From Narcine bancroftii (Eukaryota): DNA of 64,000 nt. Shown piece after piece: positions 49,555-63,235 of this stretch; position 1 is the first letter of the stretch, and each line of letters starts with the position of its first letter. Position numbers and translations under genes: made by a program. The stretch lies in NCBI RefSeq assembly GCF_036971445.1, contig NC_091471.1, positions 275,652,001-275,716,000 on the forward strand, read 5' to 3'. The notes under the pieces are model-generated. The model had not been told where the DNA came from and made no database searches. It saw only the letters and a program-made list of their open reading frames with translations.

Positions 49555-50920
49555 TTGACATTTTACAGACATTTCAACCTCAGGCTGCTATGGTCTGAGG
49601 TCCTCAGCTGTTGCAAAATAGCTGGTTGCCAAGAAGAGCAAGGTGACCTACCAACAATCCGTATATCCAACATGATGAAGTGCTTTGAAAAATTCATTAT
49701 GGAAGAAATCAACTCCTGCCTCAGGAAGGACCTGGGCCCACTTCAATTTAACTACTGCTATAATTGGTCAACAACAGGTGCTATCTAGATGGCTGTCTGC
49801 TCTGTGTTAGATCACCTGGACCAGAAGAACACTATACAGTTCAGCATTTAACACCATCATACAAGCAAAACTAATAATCATACTTGGGGATCTGGGACTC
49901 TGTTCTTCACTTTGAAATTGTTTTCCTTGACTTCCTCATGAGAAGACTCCAATTAGTGCAGATTGGAAATATTACCTCCTCCTCTTCACTGATCATCAAC
50001 ACAACAGCCTTTCAACCCTGCCGTATTTCCTCAAAACCCACAATTGTGTGGCCGAGTTTGGCTCCAACACTATCAACAAATTCGTTGATGAGATTGATGG
50101 TGAACAATAGCATCAGCAAAGTAGTCAGAAAATAGGATGAAGATTAAGGATAGGGTTGCGTGCTGCCACATCCACCATGTCAGCAAGACCAAGGCATTTG
50201 GGACAGTAGACATTGGAACCTGGAGCAGAAAAACAATCTGCCAAAGAAATGTGGTCAAGCCGCATTAGTGGGAGAAAAAAAGTGGTTGGGGTTTTAGCTT
50301 ATTGTTGACTGGGAAGTGTAGGCTGAGGGACCTTTCACAATGTCTTCATTGGCACAATAACAGTGGAGCAGATTAGTACCTTCCAGTTTCAAGGCTTCCC
50401 CATATTGGAGATTAGCTATGTGATTGAATACTCTTTCCAATTTCTGAAGGGATACTGAGGGAAGTATACTGACAGATTGCATCATAGCCTGGTTTGAAAA
50501 ACTGAGGGCCAAGGAACACAGAAGGCTGCAATTAGCAAACAGCATCAAAGAAACCACCCTCTCAACCACTAAAGACATATGAGACACTCCCTCAAGAATG
50601 CAGCCAATATCATATAGGATCTGCATCATCCTGGATACATTCACTATTCACTGCTATCTTCAAGCAGAAGGTTGGGGATGGAGGTGGAGGCTGAAACATT
50701 GGGACAATTGAAGAGACTCTTAGACCGACACATGGAAGAAAGGAAAATAGAGGATTACGGGGTAGGGAAGTTCAGTATTTTTTTTAAAGGAATGTAGGTC
50801 AGCACAACATCAAGGGCCGAAGGGCCTATACTGTTTTGTATTGTTCTATGATCTAAGGTAAAGAAACCTAAAATCTGGCACTTTGAGGTTCAAGAACAGT
50901 TTTATTTTTCCAACAGCTAT
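49555..50920 (+). mobile_element. Degraded Rex1/Babar-like LINE with internal insertions
   Basis: MMKCFEK, DLGPLQF.Y, FSI.HH/SAFNT-like, IL.DCIIAWF, DLHHPG.SLF.LLSS.R and RFKNSF motifs in order; interrupted by a CR1 tail (~50680-50855) and the large CR1 at 50921. Confidence 0.65.
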
Positions 50921-53269
50921 ACTGAACCAACTTGGGAGCAGGCCATTTTAGATTGGGTATTATGCAATGAGAAGGGGCTACTCAACAATCTTGTTGTACG
51001 AGGCCCTTTGGGTAGGAGCGATCACAATATGATCGAATTCTCACTCGACATGGAGAGTGATGAAATTAAAACCGAGACTAAGGTCCTGAATTTAAATAAA
51101 GGGAATTATGATGGTATGAGACGGGAATTGAGTAAGATTGATTGGGTGGTGTTTATGGGGGAGTTGACTGTGGATAGACAATGGAAAGCATTCACAGATC
51201 TAATGGAGAAATTGCAAAAATCGTTTATACCGGTTTGGCATAAAAATAAACCAAAAAAGGCGACTCAACCGTGGATAACAAGGGAAATTAGAGACAGCAT
51301 TAGGTCCAAAGAGAGAGCATATCAATTGGCCAAAAAAAGTACCACAACCGAAGACTGGGAGCAGTTCAAGATGCACCAAAGGAGTACAAAGGGATTAATC
51401 AAGAGAGCAAAAATAAATTACGAAAGTAAGCTTGCGGCAAATATAAAAACCGACTGCAAAAGCTTTTATAAATATGTCAAGAGTAAAAGATTGGTGAAAT
51501 CCAGAGTAGGTCCTTTGCAGTCGGAATCAGGGGAATATATAATGGGGAATAAGGAAATGGCAGACCAATTAAATTCTTACTTTAGTTCTGTTTTTACAAG
51601 AGAGGATACAAATAACCTCCTAAGGATGTTGGGAAACATAGAGACTAATGCAAGGGAGGAGCTGAAAGAAATCAGTATCTCTAAGGACATGGTCTTGGGG
51701 AAATTGATGGGATTGAAGGCAGATACATCCTAAGGTACTTAAGGAAGTGGCCATTCAGATAGCAGATGCTTTAAGAATTATTTTCCAGCACTCGATAGAC
51801 TCAGGATCAGTACCCATGGATTGGAGGGTAGCTAATGTTACCCCACTATTTAAAAAGGGGGGTAGAGAAAAAGTGGGGAATTATAGACCGGTGAGCCTTA
51901 CATCAGTAGTGGGCAAAATGATGGAATCCATTATTAAGGATGTAATAGCGGAGCATATGACTAGCAGAAAAGGGATCGGACGGAGTCAACATGGATTTAC
52001 AAAAGGTAAATCGTGCTTGACAAATCTATTGGAATTCTTTGAGATGGTGACAGGTAAAATAGATGGGAGAGAGCCAGTGGATGTGGTGTACCTGGACTTC
52101 CAAAAGGCCTTCGATAAGGTCCCGCATAAACGACTGGCTTCCAAAATCAAGGCTCATGGGATTGGGGGCAAAGTATTGATGTGGATTGAGAACTGGCTGG
52201 CAGGTAGAAGACAGAGAGTTGGGATAAATGACTCATTTTCTGAGTGGCAGGTGGTGACCAGTGGGGTGCCACAGGGATCTGTACTGGGACCCCAGCTGTT
52301 CACAATTTACATTAATGATCTGGATGAGGGGATTGGATGTAATATCTTCAAATTTGCAGATGACACTAAGCTAGGAAGGGTTGTGTGCACGGAAGACGGG
52401 GGCAGGAAGCTCCAGTGTGATTGGGATAAATTGAGGGACTGGGCAGATACATGGCAAATGCACTACAATGTGGATAAATGTGAGGTTATCCACTTTGGTA
52501 ATACAAACCAGAGGGCAGATTACTTTTTGAATGGCAATAGATTAAGAGATGGGGAAGTGCAGAGAGACCAGGGGTACTTGTACACCAGTCTCTGAAGGCG
52601 AGCATGCAGGTACAGCAGGCGGTTAAAAAGGCAAATGGTATGTTGGCCTTCATATCAAGAGGGTTTGAGTATAGGAACAAGGATACCTTACTGCAGCTGT
52701 ACAGGGCCTTGGTGAGACCCCACCTGGAGTATTGTGTGCAGTTTTGGTCACCTTATCTAAGGAAGGATGTTCTTGCAATGGAGGGAGTGCAGAAGCGATT
52801 CACCAAGCTGATACCTGGAATGGCAGGAATGACTTATGAGGAAAGATTGCGCAAATTGGGATTGTACTCGCTGGAGTTTAGAAGATTGAGAGGGGATCTC
52901 ATAGAGACATATAAAATTCTGGCAGGACTGGACAGAATGGATGCAAATGGATGTTTCCAATGATGGGAAAATCCAGAACCCGGGGCCATGGTTCGAGGAT
53001 AATAGGCAAACCATTTAGGACCGAGATGAGGAGGAATTTCTTGACCCAGAGGGTGGTGAATCTGTGGAATTCATTGCCACAGAGGGCAGTAGAGGCAGGT
53101 TCATTAAATATATTTAAGAGGGAATTAGATCTATTTCTTCAGTAAAGGTTACGGAGAGAAGGCGGGGACGGGGTACTGAACTTTAAGATCAGCCATGATC
53201 TCGTTGAATGGCAGAGCAGGCTCGAAGGGTCGAATGACCTACTCCTGCTCCTATCTTCTATGTTTCTAT
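50921..53269 (+). mobile_element. 5'-truncated CR1 LINE (end of EN, RT, 3' tail), relatively young
   Basis: ORFs 51008..51733 (LGRSDHNMIEF), 51747..52595 (NYRPVSLTS, QHGF, DFQKAFDKVPH, GVPQGSVLGP, KFADDTK) and 52604..52963 (LVRPHLEYCVQFW); tail CTCCTATCTTCTATGTTTCTAT. Confidence 0.95.
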
Positions 53270-53886
53270 CTTATGTCTTAAATTCTACCCCAACCATAAC
53301 ACTGCTCCAGAACCGTTACAACAGTTCCTCCCTTTATATTTATTATCTTTTTTTCTCTCATGTGATCATTTAATTTATGCTTAACCTTCTACACCTCCGT
53401 CACGCACATGGAAGTGTCGCCACAGGTAAACGTGAGCATAGAATTATGTGGATCCGGCAGGTTGGATCAAACACAATCCAGTCATTGTAGAAAGCAAAAA
53501 CAAGCATCTGGCACAATGGGGTCCCACGAAGGGGGTGGAATTAATGGCATTTCCAAAAGTAACAGTTGACAATCGACTGGAATCTGAAACTTATGACTCA
53601 GAAGTTAAAATGTTACCACTGAGGCACAGCTGACTTCTTCTCATTTCCTGTTTCATTCAACAGAACACACCGGAGGCAAGAATACAAAGAACAGACAGAA
53701 AATTTACAAGGATCAATAGGAAAAGAGTTGCTAACTGTGGACTTAATGATGAGAAATGGGGAAAATGACAGAGTGAAGAGACGTTCAAAGCAGAAGGCAT
53801 GGAAAACATCCATTAATAGCAAAAATATTGGGGGAGGGGTATGTATTGGGAGACGGGGATGAATGTAAAACTCATGTGGAGAATTA

Positions 53887-54400
53887 CACTGGACAAAGAT
53901 TTTGCTCTCCCAAATACTTTTGGGTGTATTTTCTGGATTTTGGGCTGCTGATTTTGAAAAATCACCTTAAAATTTTCCTTTTGTGTACTTTTTTTTTAGA
54001 TATAACCTTTTTTGTGATTTCCTGTCATATTTTAAGTCGATTTGAACCATACAAAACCACGAAGTGCACCGTGTGGTTGAAAATTCATTTTCTCCATTCA
54101 CGCTTGGGGCTTCTTCCCTGCTGATCCTGGTGGAGTCAGCGACGAACATGGTGAGAGGTTTCGCCAGGACATTGCGGCACTGAAAAGCTGCATCAGGACA
54201 ACTGGAATCCATCAATGCTGCCCAATTATTGTTGGAGACTGACACGAGAGGCATCAGCAAGAAATCATTTTCAGGTCAGTTGAACTAACACAATGAGTCA
54301 GCTTCATTATGCTAAATTCAATAAAAATTATTGTTTCTTCAACTTTCTACATAATACAGCACATTTGATATGATTTTTGTGTTCAGCTGGAAGTTTTCCC
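53887..54400 (+). mobile_element. Internally deleted DNA transposon, Chapaev3-like transposase C-terminus
   Basis: LKIHFLHS.. FFPADPGGVSDEHGERFRQDIAAL.. WNPSMLPNYCW across 54078-54237; TTA-CACTGG terminus at 53887. Superfamily assignment is from memory of the motif. Confidence 0.65.
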
Positions 54401-54983
54401 AAGAAGCAAACATTTTAAAGAAAAAAAAAATGTCGTCCATTGTTATCTTTAGGCAACTAAACGAGATTAAAGGCTGAGAGGGTCCCTGGACCTCCAGCCC
54501 TGCACCTGTGGGTTGCAGAGGTGTTGTGTTGTGATCATCCATATAACCACATAACCGTTTACAGCACGGAAACAGGCCATGTCGGCCCTTCAAGTCCGTA
54601 CCGGTTCACTTGAACAACTCCACTAGCTCCTCCGCAAACTCCTGAGAAAGTAGAGGCTTTCTTCATGATGTAGAAACACAAAACTTAAAATCAGTTCACC
54701 ATGTTTAGTATCGAGTGCTGTAAATGTCTTTCATGGTATTGGAAAGTTTCTCAGAGCGTTGTGTATGCTCTGCCCCAGAGAGTGGTAGATGTTAGGGTTA
54801 ACGTGGTGGAGGTGATGGTGTGATCAAGTAAGGTGAGTTGGTTTGGAGTGGTCTACAGTTAAAAGGGATCTGACAGGAAAGGAGTGTTAAGGCCACAATT
54901 AGATGAGTCAGGATTTTACTGAATGGCAGAGGAGGTTCAAAGAACTGAATGTCTTCTTGTGCTACTAATTCTCATTTCCCCAT

Positions 54984-55195
54984 GGTTAGCATAGCAGTTA
55001 GCACAATGCTATTACATGGCCAGTGACCAGGGTTCGAACCAGGCACTGTCTGTAAGGAGTGTGAATGTTCTCTTCGTCTGCTCAATTTTCCTCTCACCCT
55101 TCAAAAGGTACGAGGGTTGTAGGTTAATTGGGCAGCACATAATTGGGCTTGTGGGCCGGAAGGGCCTGACCCATACTGTATGTCTAAATTTAAAT
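54984..55195 (+). mobile_element. tRNA-derived SINE
   Basis: A-box-like TAGCATAGCAG, B-box GGTTCGAACC (~55031-55040), CR1-like tail GGGCCGGAAGGGCCTG and terminal AAATTTAAA. Confidence 0.8.
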
Positions 55196-55944
55196 ATGCA
55201 TACAGCATTTCGTTGTTCATCTTTGAATGCTGATATGAGGGCATATAACCTGCCTAAGTATAGTTTAACATGTTGTACATGTATCAACTTTGTCCCGTTC
55301 TGAGACCAACAACAGGCTAGCTGAGAGTAAAATATGAACAAGCGACACACTTAACTTTAGGAAGAAAGAGAAGCTGTTTCAGATGTAAGATTTATTTACA
55401 TTCCTGCCAGATAATCATGGCTAGATTTAATCATTAATTAGTTGCTGCAGCTATTATACCCCACAGCAATAGTTGCTGCAATTTTATTAACTCACTTGGT
55501 ATTTAATGGGTATTTTGGAAATGAAGCAATATGAAAACAACTTTAGCGAATGTAAATGGGTTTATTAATAAAAAGAAAAATACACGTACATTTATAATGG
55601 AATATATTTGCAACCAATTTTGAAGTTTGCCTGCAGAAATTTGCAAAATCTGCCAAGTATGTTTATTAGGTGCCAGACTTCCTTTGAATTATCAGTCAGA
55701 TTGTTTGAAGAAAGCCTGATGGCAGAAAAATTTGCTGGTAATCTTAATGTTTACACCTGAATGAATGCTTTCAGGACAGAGGTTTTTTATATGTTCTTTC
55801 AGCGAGATTTTTATTCCATTGTCTAAACCTGTCTTCCAGGCACAAAATGTTGCAAGTTTGTTTTGCTTACTTGTTTATGGGATGTATCTCTAATTTCCTG
55901 AGAAAAGTTAACATTGAGGCTTCTTTTTGTCTGTGGACTGTTAA

Positions 55945-56046
55945 GTCCAAGTTCAAATTCAAGTTTATTGGATAATTGCTCAAGAGCAACCCAACAAAAC
56001 CGCTTTCTCTGGTCCTGGCTATTAAATATGCATCAACATAATGAGG

Positions 56047-56105
<59 letters not shown>

Positions 56106-56690
56106 TACCCACAGACAGGCAATATATACAAAGAAATAAATATTTTGTTTTGTGAATATGAGAGTCTTGGATGGTCAGTGTGAGCAGTTCCTTTGGTCGT
56201 TCAGCATTCTCACTGCCTGTGGGAAGAACCTGCTCCTCAGCCTGGTGGTTCTGGCTCAGATACTCCTGTATCTTTTTCCCAAAGGGAGTAGCTGAAAGGT
56301 GCTGTGCGCAGGGGGGTAGGGGTCCTCAACAATTTTGTGCACCCTCTTCAGACAACGATCTCATTAGGACACGTCACTATGGGGAGGGAGACTCCAGTGA
56401 TCCTTTCTGCCACTCTTATGGCCCTGTGGATTGACCTTCGATCCATTTCTCTGCAGCCACCGAATCACACTGTGATGCACTTGCCCAGGATGCTCTCAAG
56501 AGAGCTCTTGTAGAAGGTCGACATGATGGTGATAAGTAACCTTTCCCACTTCAGTCTTCTCAGGAAGTGCAGTTACAGTTGCACCTTCCTGACAAGTGAA
56601 GAGACGTTGTATGTCCAAGATAGGTCACTTGTTAAGTGGACTCCGAGGAACTTATTGGTCTCTACTCTCATCACTACAGAGTTATCCATC
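55945..56690 (-). mobile_element. Rex1/Babar-like LINE 3' fragment
   Basis: Reverse strand LHFLRRLK, TFYKSSLESILGKCITVWFG and YRSI.ARTTRLRSRFFPQAVRMLN; tail AATAAACTTGAATTTGAACTT; contains the (AC)n repeat. Confidence 0.8.
56051..56103. repeat. (AC)n microsatellite, about 26 units
   Basis: Direct reading. Confidence 0.97.
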
Positions 56691-58040
56691 GTATAATCAA
56701 ACAGGGGCATAGTATTTTGACATTGAGCTGGAAACTTTGGGAGTTAATGGTTTTCCTGGCTTTATGCTGATTCTGTAGTTTTGGAGTCTGCGGTTTGGGA
56801 GGGATCATTGACAAAGCCTTGAGCATTTGAGGTCATGCATTTTGCAGACGATGCATTTGACAATTGAGTGGACTGCCTTGTCCCGGATTTACAGTAAGCT
56901 CCTTAAGTGTTGCTGGAGCTTATTCCCTGCTGGAATTATTAAAGACTACTCAATTCTTTAAATTTCAAAATACCTTCTTCAACCCGCACCATTGTCAAAG
57001 CCTCTGCTTCTCACTCGCTTCATATCAAGTGGTTATTTACGATGTGAAAGTTGGCTGATACTTTTGCAATTTAGAGATATTGCAGGTTGAATTAGAATTT
57101 TCAGAACCACTGGCTATGTATGGCACAAAGACCAGTCAGAAGTCCAAATTCCAACTGGTCTGCCAGTACATTTTTAATTCACTTGCATCATTTTACTCCT
57201 GGGTTTCCTGTCCAAATAGACAAAATCACATTGTGTGAACTATTTTCAAGAAACTCTATCTTCTTGAGCCCAGATCAATGCGGTGAATGGAGTATGGGTA
57301 GGAGGCTCAACCAAATTAAAATATTCTGGAAGACTAAAATAATTTCCAGTGCTTCCTTCCATTCCTTCCTTTGCCCTCTGACCTTCCATTTGGATCTGAG
57401 GACCAGGCAAACTACTCGCTTTTGTCTAGATTACATTTAAAGTTGGGACGAAAGAGGTGAAACAGGAAGCTTCTGCCTCATGTGGATTGTTGTGACTGAC
57501 TTGCTCCATTTTCTCTGTCAGGGAAAGCCTCATAAATTCCAAACAGATGGAGATCTGGCATTTTCTGGTAGAAAAGATCAATAAGTTTTATTTGTATGAA
57601 GAATATTTCAAACTATATCACTTTCAAAAGGAAGCAGCGTAGTATAGAACTCATTAAAATTGTCCCAGAAAGGATGTAATACATTTCCTTTCTGAGATGC
57701 TCAGCCTCAGTGCTGTTTCAGTATTTCTAAGACTATTTTGTTTCATTTATATACGTACAAAACAGCTAACCAAACAAATTCATGATATGTTTCAGCAGAT
57801 AGGTTGAATACACAGCTAATAAAATCTCCAAGTTAAGTAAATACCTTTGCTCACACTGTATAAACATCATCAGGTGACTAAAGCAAATAAAGCACTCATG
57901 ATATCCTCACCATAAGCCATTTGATGGCTTACATAAAGTCAACCTTCACAGGATCTACAAACAAACTTGGTAAAGTTTAGTTAATGTTAATCCGGCAAAC
58001 AGTTATTCAATCAATGAATTTATAAGAGGGGTAGCTTTTA

Positions 58041-58056
58041 CCAGCAGAGGTCGCTG
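58041..58056 (+). promoter_or_regulatory. Candidate CTCF binding site
   Basis: CCAGCAGAGGTCGCTG closely matches the CTCF core CCASYAGRGGGCGC and lies in otherwise AT-rich unique sequence. Confidence 0.5.
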
Positions 58057-59334
58057 TGACTCTGTATCATTAAGTTTCGTTACCTGGATGAGTAAGGTGA
58101 GGCCATTGAGAAAGTTATTTCTGCTCCTTTTTACAAAATGACTAAAATGGCTTTGATAAAATAATAATTATTATTAATTTGGCTACAAATAAATTAAATT
58201 CATCACAAGCACTTAAAATATATTTTAATATGAAGAATCACAAAGCTGCTACAGATGCCTGATTTCTGCTCATACCTTGAAGAAGGACTCAGGCCCAAAA
58301 CATTGGTTGTATATTTTTACATCTATGGACGCTCCAAGACCTGTTGGGTTCCTTCATCATTTCAGTGCTTTTATTAGGTCATGACAGTAATTGGATCATT
58401 AGTTTATCTATACATTCCCAAGCATTATTCTGCTGCTTCAACAGTGACTTTATTGGTTATCTCTCATCAATATCTGTTCCTGAACCAGCTGTAAGCCAAC
58501 TTTTGATGTTTATCCCTTAACATTGTTATGGACAGTTGTAGTTTTGCAGCACAGAAATGGGCTGACTTGTCCTTGCTGCCTTGACATTATCTTTGATCAA
58601 AAATCACCCTATCAATTTGTTTGTGCTTTCAATCCTCATGTTTCTTCTGCCCTCATGCCCAGCAGACTACACTTTCTGCTTCAATTTGGAGGCTCCTATG
58701 GATCTAATTGCATCTCAAGGGTCACATATAAAAGAAATTACTGTTATTCATGAACCACTATCTACTTTTCTCATTCGTTCTCACTATAATGCTGCACCTT
58801 ATTCCCAAACAAACTTCTTGAGAAATAATCGGAAGTTTTTCATTCTCAGGAGACTTATTCCAGAACCAAGGTTACCCCAGTCTGAGCTGTCGTGGTGCAG
58901 TGTGCGGATGTTGCTGTGCTTGTGCCACTTGGAAATTGAGCAGCAAGGTATCACTGACTCATTTACTGAAGCATTCAGCCTTATGCTCAACATCTGCAAG
59001 AGGAAGATCCTCTACCAACCTGCCTGACTGCACATCAATGCCATCCAATTAATAAAGGTTTAGTGCAAAATTCTGGAAAACCTGGACAGTTTCTTGCATC
59101 TCAAGAGCCATCTCTCAGTGAAGACAGACACCGATGATGGAATCAACCACTGCCTTCTGTTTAACAGTACAGCTTTTGATTGATTGAGAAAAAGGGATGT
59201 TTTGTGACCTCAAACCTGGCACAAAACTAAAGGGAGATGGAGACCTAGGAGTTTTAAATGAGATCAGGATAAGTAGATTCAATGAGTTCAAAGGGAGTGT
59301 GGGAAAGGAGACCTCATGAGATAGTTGAGAATTT

Positions 59335-59885
59335 ATGAAAAAAGCACGTCAGTGCCTCTTCTTCCTCGGGAGTCTGCGGAGGTTTGGTGTGACGTTGGAA
59401 ACCTTGGAAAATTTCTACAGATATGTAGTAGAAAGTGCACTGACCAACTGCATCACGGTCTGGGGACACCAATAACCCCTGAGCGGAAAATCCTGCAGAA
59501 GGTAGTGGACACAGACCAGGACATCACAGGTAAAACCCTCCCCACCATCGAGAACATCTACAGGGAAAGCTGCCATTGGAGATCCACATCATCCAGCTTA
59601 CGCTCTGTTGTTGCTGCTACCATCAGGAAAGGGGTATAGATGCCCCAAGACTTGCACCATCAGGTTGAGAAATGGCTGCTACCCCTCCACCATCAGACTC
59701 CTCAACAACAAACTCAATCAGGGACTCTTTTGCATTCTATTGATTTTTCTCTCTGTTTGCACTGTCAGTTTGTTTACATGTCTTTATTTGTTTACATGTG
59801 TATGTTGAGTAATTCTGCCTCACCCTCAGGAAAAAAAATTTCAGGGTTGTAAGTGTTGTATGTACTCTGGCAATAAATAAGAAAT
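59335..59885 (+). mobile_element. Rex1/Babar-like LINE 3' fragment
   Basis: LQKVVDT.QDITGK.LPTIENIYR and LLPSGKGYR..KT.T.RL.N..YPSTIRLLN; same family as 5750-6262. Confidence 0.8.
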
Positions 59886-62800
59886 TTGGATTTTCAGATA
59901 GCAAAATCTGAAATCTGAAAATCTGAATTGTGGATTAACAGTTTTCCCCTAAATAGTTATTCCTCTCACTATCTACATGAAGTCAATTGTGTTTGCCTTT
60001 GTATTTTTTGACTCCACCATAATGGAGTGCTTGGCTGGAAAATGCTTTGACATATCCTAAGGTCATAAAATTTCATTTTCAAGTGCTGTCTTTGATTCCA
60101 TGCAAGCCAGATTAATATATTTGTCGATGAAAGCACACTCCTTCAGTTTCAGAATTCATTTTATGATTATGGAATCAATATTAAAGTTTAATAGCAAACC
60201 AAATGCTTAACTGTATTAATGATTCAGAGCATCTGTTCAGAATCCCACCATGAGCCAGAAAGGAATTTAGATTCAGTTAATAAAATAATATTGAATTAAA
60301 AAGTTGGTTTCAGTAATGGTAAAATCAACAGGGTTGTGGTAAAACCTAACCAATTCATAGAAAACTTACAGAGTTAACTCTGTTACCATCTGGCTAAACC
60401 TGTGACATATCGCTCATTGTCAAAATGGGTGGACAATATTGTTGTAACATTTACACCCCATTTCTTGCCGAAATTCAAACTCTTCCCAAATTTGGTAGAA
60501 TATTAATTAAAAAAAACATATTTCTGAATTATAATAGAGTATAGTTGTCTCCTTAGTGAAAAGAAACCCTTTAAGTCGTCTTGAAACATTGGTTTCCTTA
60601 GGCCAAACAAGACCAGCTTGATTTTTACGAGCTCTTCAAAGCTCTGTTAGGAAGTGCCATGAACAGAAAAAAATACTTTGGTGACTAATACACTGAGGTG
60701 GCAAGACCCTAAACATTTTGTGGGGAGGCATCTGTTTCAAAAGCAATGTTAATAAATAAGCACAGAATATCACTGATAATCAAGTTGTACTGAACATAAT
60801 TTAGAATTCTGCTACTTTGCATAGATATTGGCTGTAAAAATCAATTCAATTCAATGGAAACTCCATATCAATATATGTATTGTAATTGAAAAATGCATTT
60901 CTGAAAAGAAAGCCTCGATTTTCACCCAAATCCAGGTAGAAAAGGATTAGTATTGAAATATTGAGGACTAGGCAATTAAATAGCAACTTAATCTCATTCT
61001 TATTTTGTGCTTTAAACTGTAGAAATTAGGCAATGATGAGAAGCCCTTGATTTTTAAGAAGGGAATGTTTTCAACACTTAACCCTTTGGACTCTGTGTTC
61101 CAGTCTCCAGGATTACCAACAAGCGCATATACTCCGTGTCCCAGTTTTCCGGGACTGGTTTTAGACCCAACCACCAGCTGGTTTGTACTAGTTTTTGTGC
61201 AGTGTATCTTTGCAAATGTTGGGGTAAAAGCAGCTGCTTTGCCAAGTTTCACAACAAGAAAAAGTCCTGGAAGTAAAGGTAAGAACATTCAAATTGTTTT
61301 TTTCAGTATCTAGGGCTATGTTGGGTATGAACATATCATATCTGTGCCAGATATAGCGGTATCAGTGACTGAACAGAACAACTAACTCCAGTTTGCCCAT
61401 AGACCTGGTCCAGAGAATATATTATGAAAGATTAAAAATGGCCAGAGTTCAAAGTGTTAAACTTTAATGATACATTTGTTTCAATGGAAAGAGGGCAAGA
61501 ATTTGCAAGATCCCATAATCATCAAAATGTTTGATTCACTAGGTCCCGATCTCTGGCTTGTTCTGGATTTCCATGCTTACCTTAGCTCTCAAGGAGCTGA
61601 TTTCAAAATAGTATCATATTAATATTGTACTCTGCTATTTAAATACTGCTCCATAGAATTAACAAGTTAAATCTGAACTGTCTGTTTCAAGATTGTAACC
61701 AATGATGGAGTCCAGAGAATGTTCCCATGATGTAATCCCAGTGAAAAGCAGATATTGGGCCATGTGTCTCAATTAAACTGGACAAAAAAACAAGACTTAC
61801 AGATGCCCTTCAAAGTCCGCTTCCTCGTTTTATATCTCCCCACCCGTCTTTAGCCTCCACAAAGAGTCCCAACCGAAACAATGACTGACCATTTCTCTCC
61901 ACAGATGCTGCCTGATTCCAGCTTCTCATTGTTCACTCAAAAAAGTATTATCCTTGCTGTTTAGAAATCCCAAAGACAATTTGTAAAACACTTTAGCAGA
62001 AAGTCTGCAGGTTAATATATTTGATTAAATTATCATAATAAAATTAAACATGAAACACAATACTAGAGAAACTCAGCAGGTCACACAGTGTACTTTATAT
62101 AGTAAATCATCCAGCTTGTCAGTTCCAATCAGCAAGACTTTGTATTGAAAGAAAAGGAGGGTTTAATTGCCCCTGCTGTAAAGCATTTCAAATAAGACAA
62201 ATATTCCTTGTGCTTTTAGACACACAAATGGGTGCAGAAGGTTAACTCCCCCTGACTGGGTAGGAGTAGAAAGGGTCAATTTCTGAATTCATTCCTGTCT
62301 AATTCCTGTATTAATGTTAACCACGAGAGCAATATATAGTCAAGCTTTGAGCATCAATGGAATTTGGGCTTTTTAACCTTAAATGAAGATTTTTATCTTT
62401 GCCAAGTCAGGGAGCAGGATCCATAAGAAAGGTCCTCTGTACCACAGATTCTCCACATCCATACATTCCCTCTCTGTGTCACTACTTGCAAGTCAACACA
62501 AAGCCAAGGCCCACCTGATCTTGTTATAGCAGCTGCACAAAAATGTAAAGAGAGTATGATGTTAGTCAAATCAAAGTGACAAAAAAATGGTAACAACATT
62601 TATGAGAATAAAAGAAGCTTGTTTGGCACATTGAACTCGCACTCAAAAGAAACTAATTGCATATTAATATAATTTTGTATAAAGCATGTGACCTCTTCAA
62701 AATAAATGGATTGTTCAAAGCTTTGTTAATAACAAAATAAATTTGGCATTCATTCAGTTCCCGAATTTTGTCCAAGACCACATTCATGTTTAATTAGTAA

Positions 62801-62999
62801 ATTTCATAACTTGGTATTTCTGTGAACATACAGTATAAATAGATTGGAATTAACAATTTAGCAGAATCAATGCAGGATATTTGCATTTGCATTACTAACT
62901 ATCTGCACAAAAATCCCCCAGAATATTATTTAAATGTGGCAAATTGTTAATTTTTAGTCTTGAAGCAAAATATTGCAAATTCTGGAACATGAACTAAGA

Positions 63000-63235
63000 C
63001 CACAGTTAGCTTAGTGGTTAGTGCAATGCCTTTACAGTGCCAGCAATCGGGACCAGGGTTTGAATCCCACGCTGTCTATAAGGAGTGTGTACATTTTCCC
63101 TGTGTTCTCCGTGGGTTCTGATTCCTCCCACCATTCAAAATGTACAGGGGCCTAGGTTAATGGTGTCTAAATTGGGTGGTACGGACTTGTGGGACTTAAT
63201 GGCCTGTTACAGTGCTGTCTGTTTAAATTTAAATT
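63000..63235 (+). mobile_element. tRNA-derived SINE
   Basis: TAGCTTAGTGG A-box, GGTTTGAATCC B-box, CTGTCTATAAGGAG core and AAATTTAAATT tail. Confidence 0.8.

Noticed and set aside
54984-55060. Possible tRNA genes (also near 63005 and 42560)
   Set aside because: A and B boxes are present but no cloverleaf is evident, and they continue into a shared SINE body and LINE-like tail.
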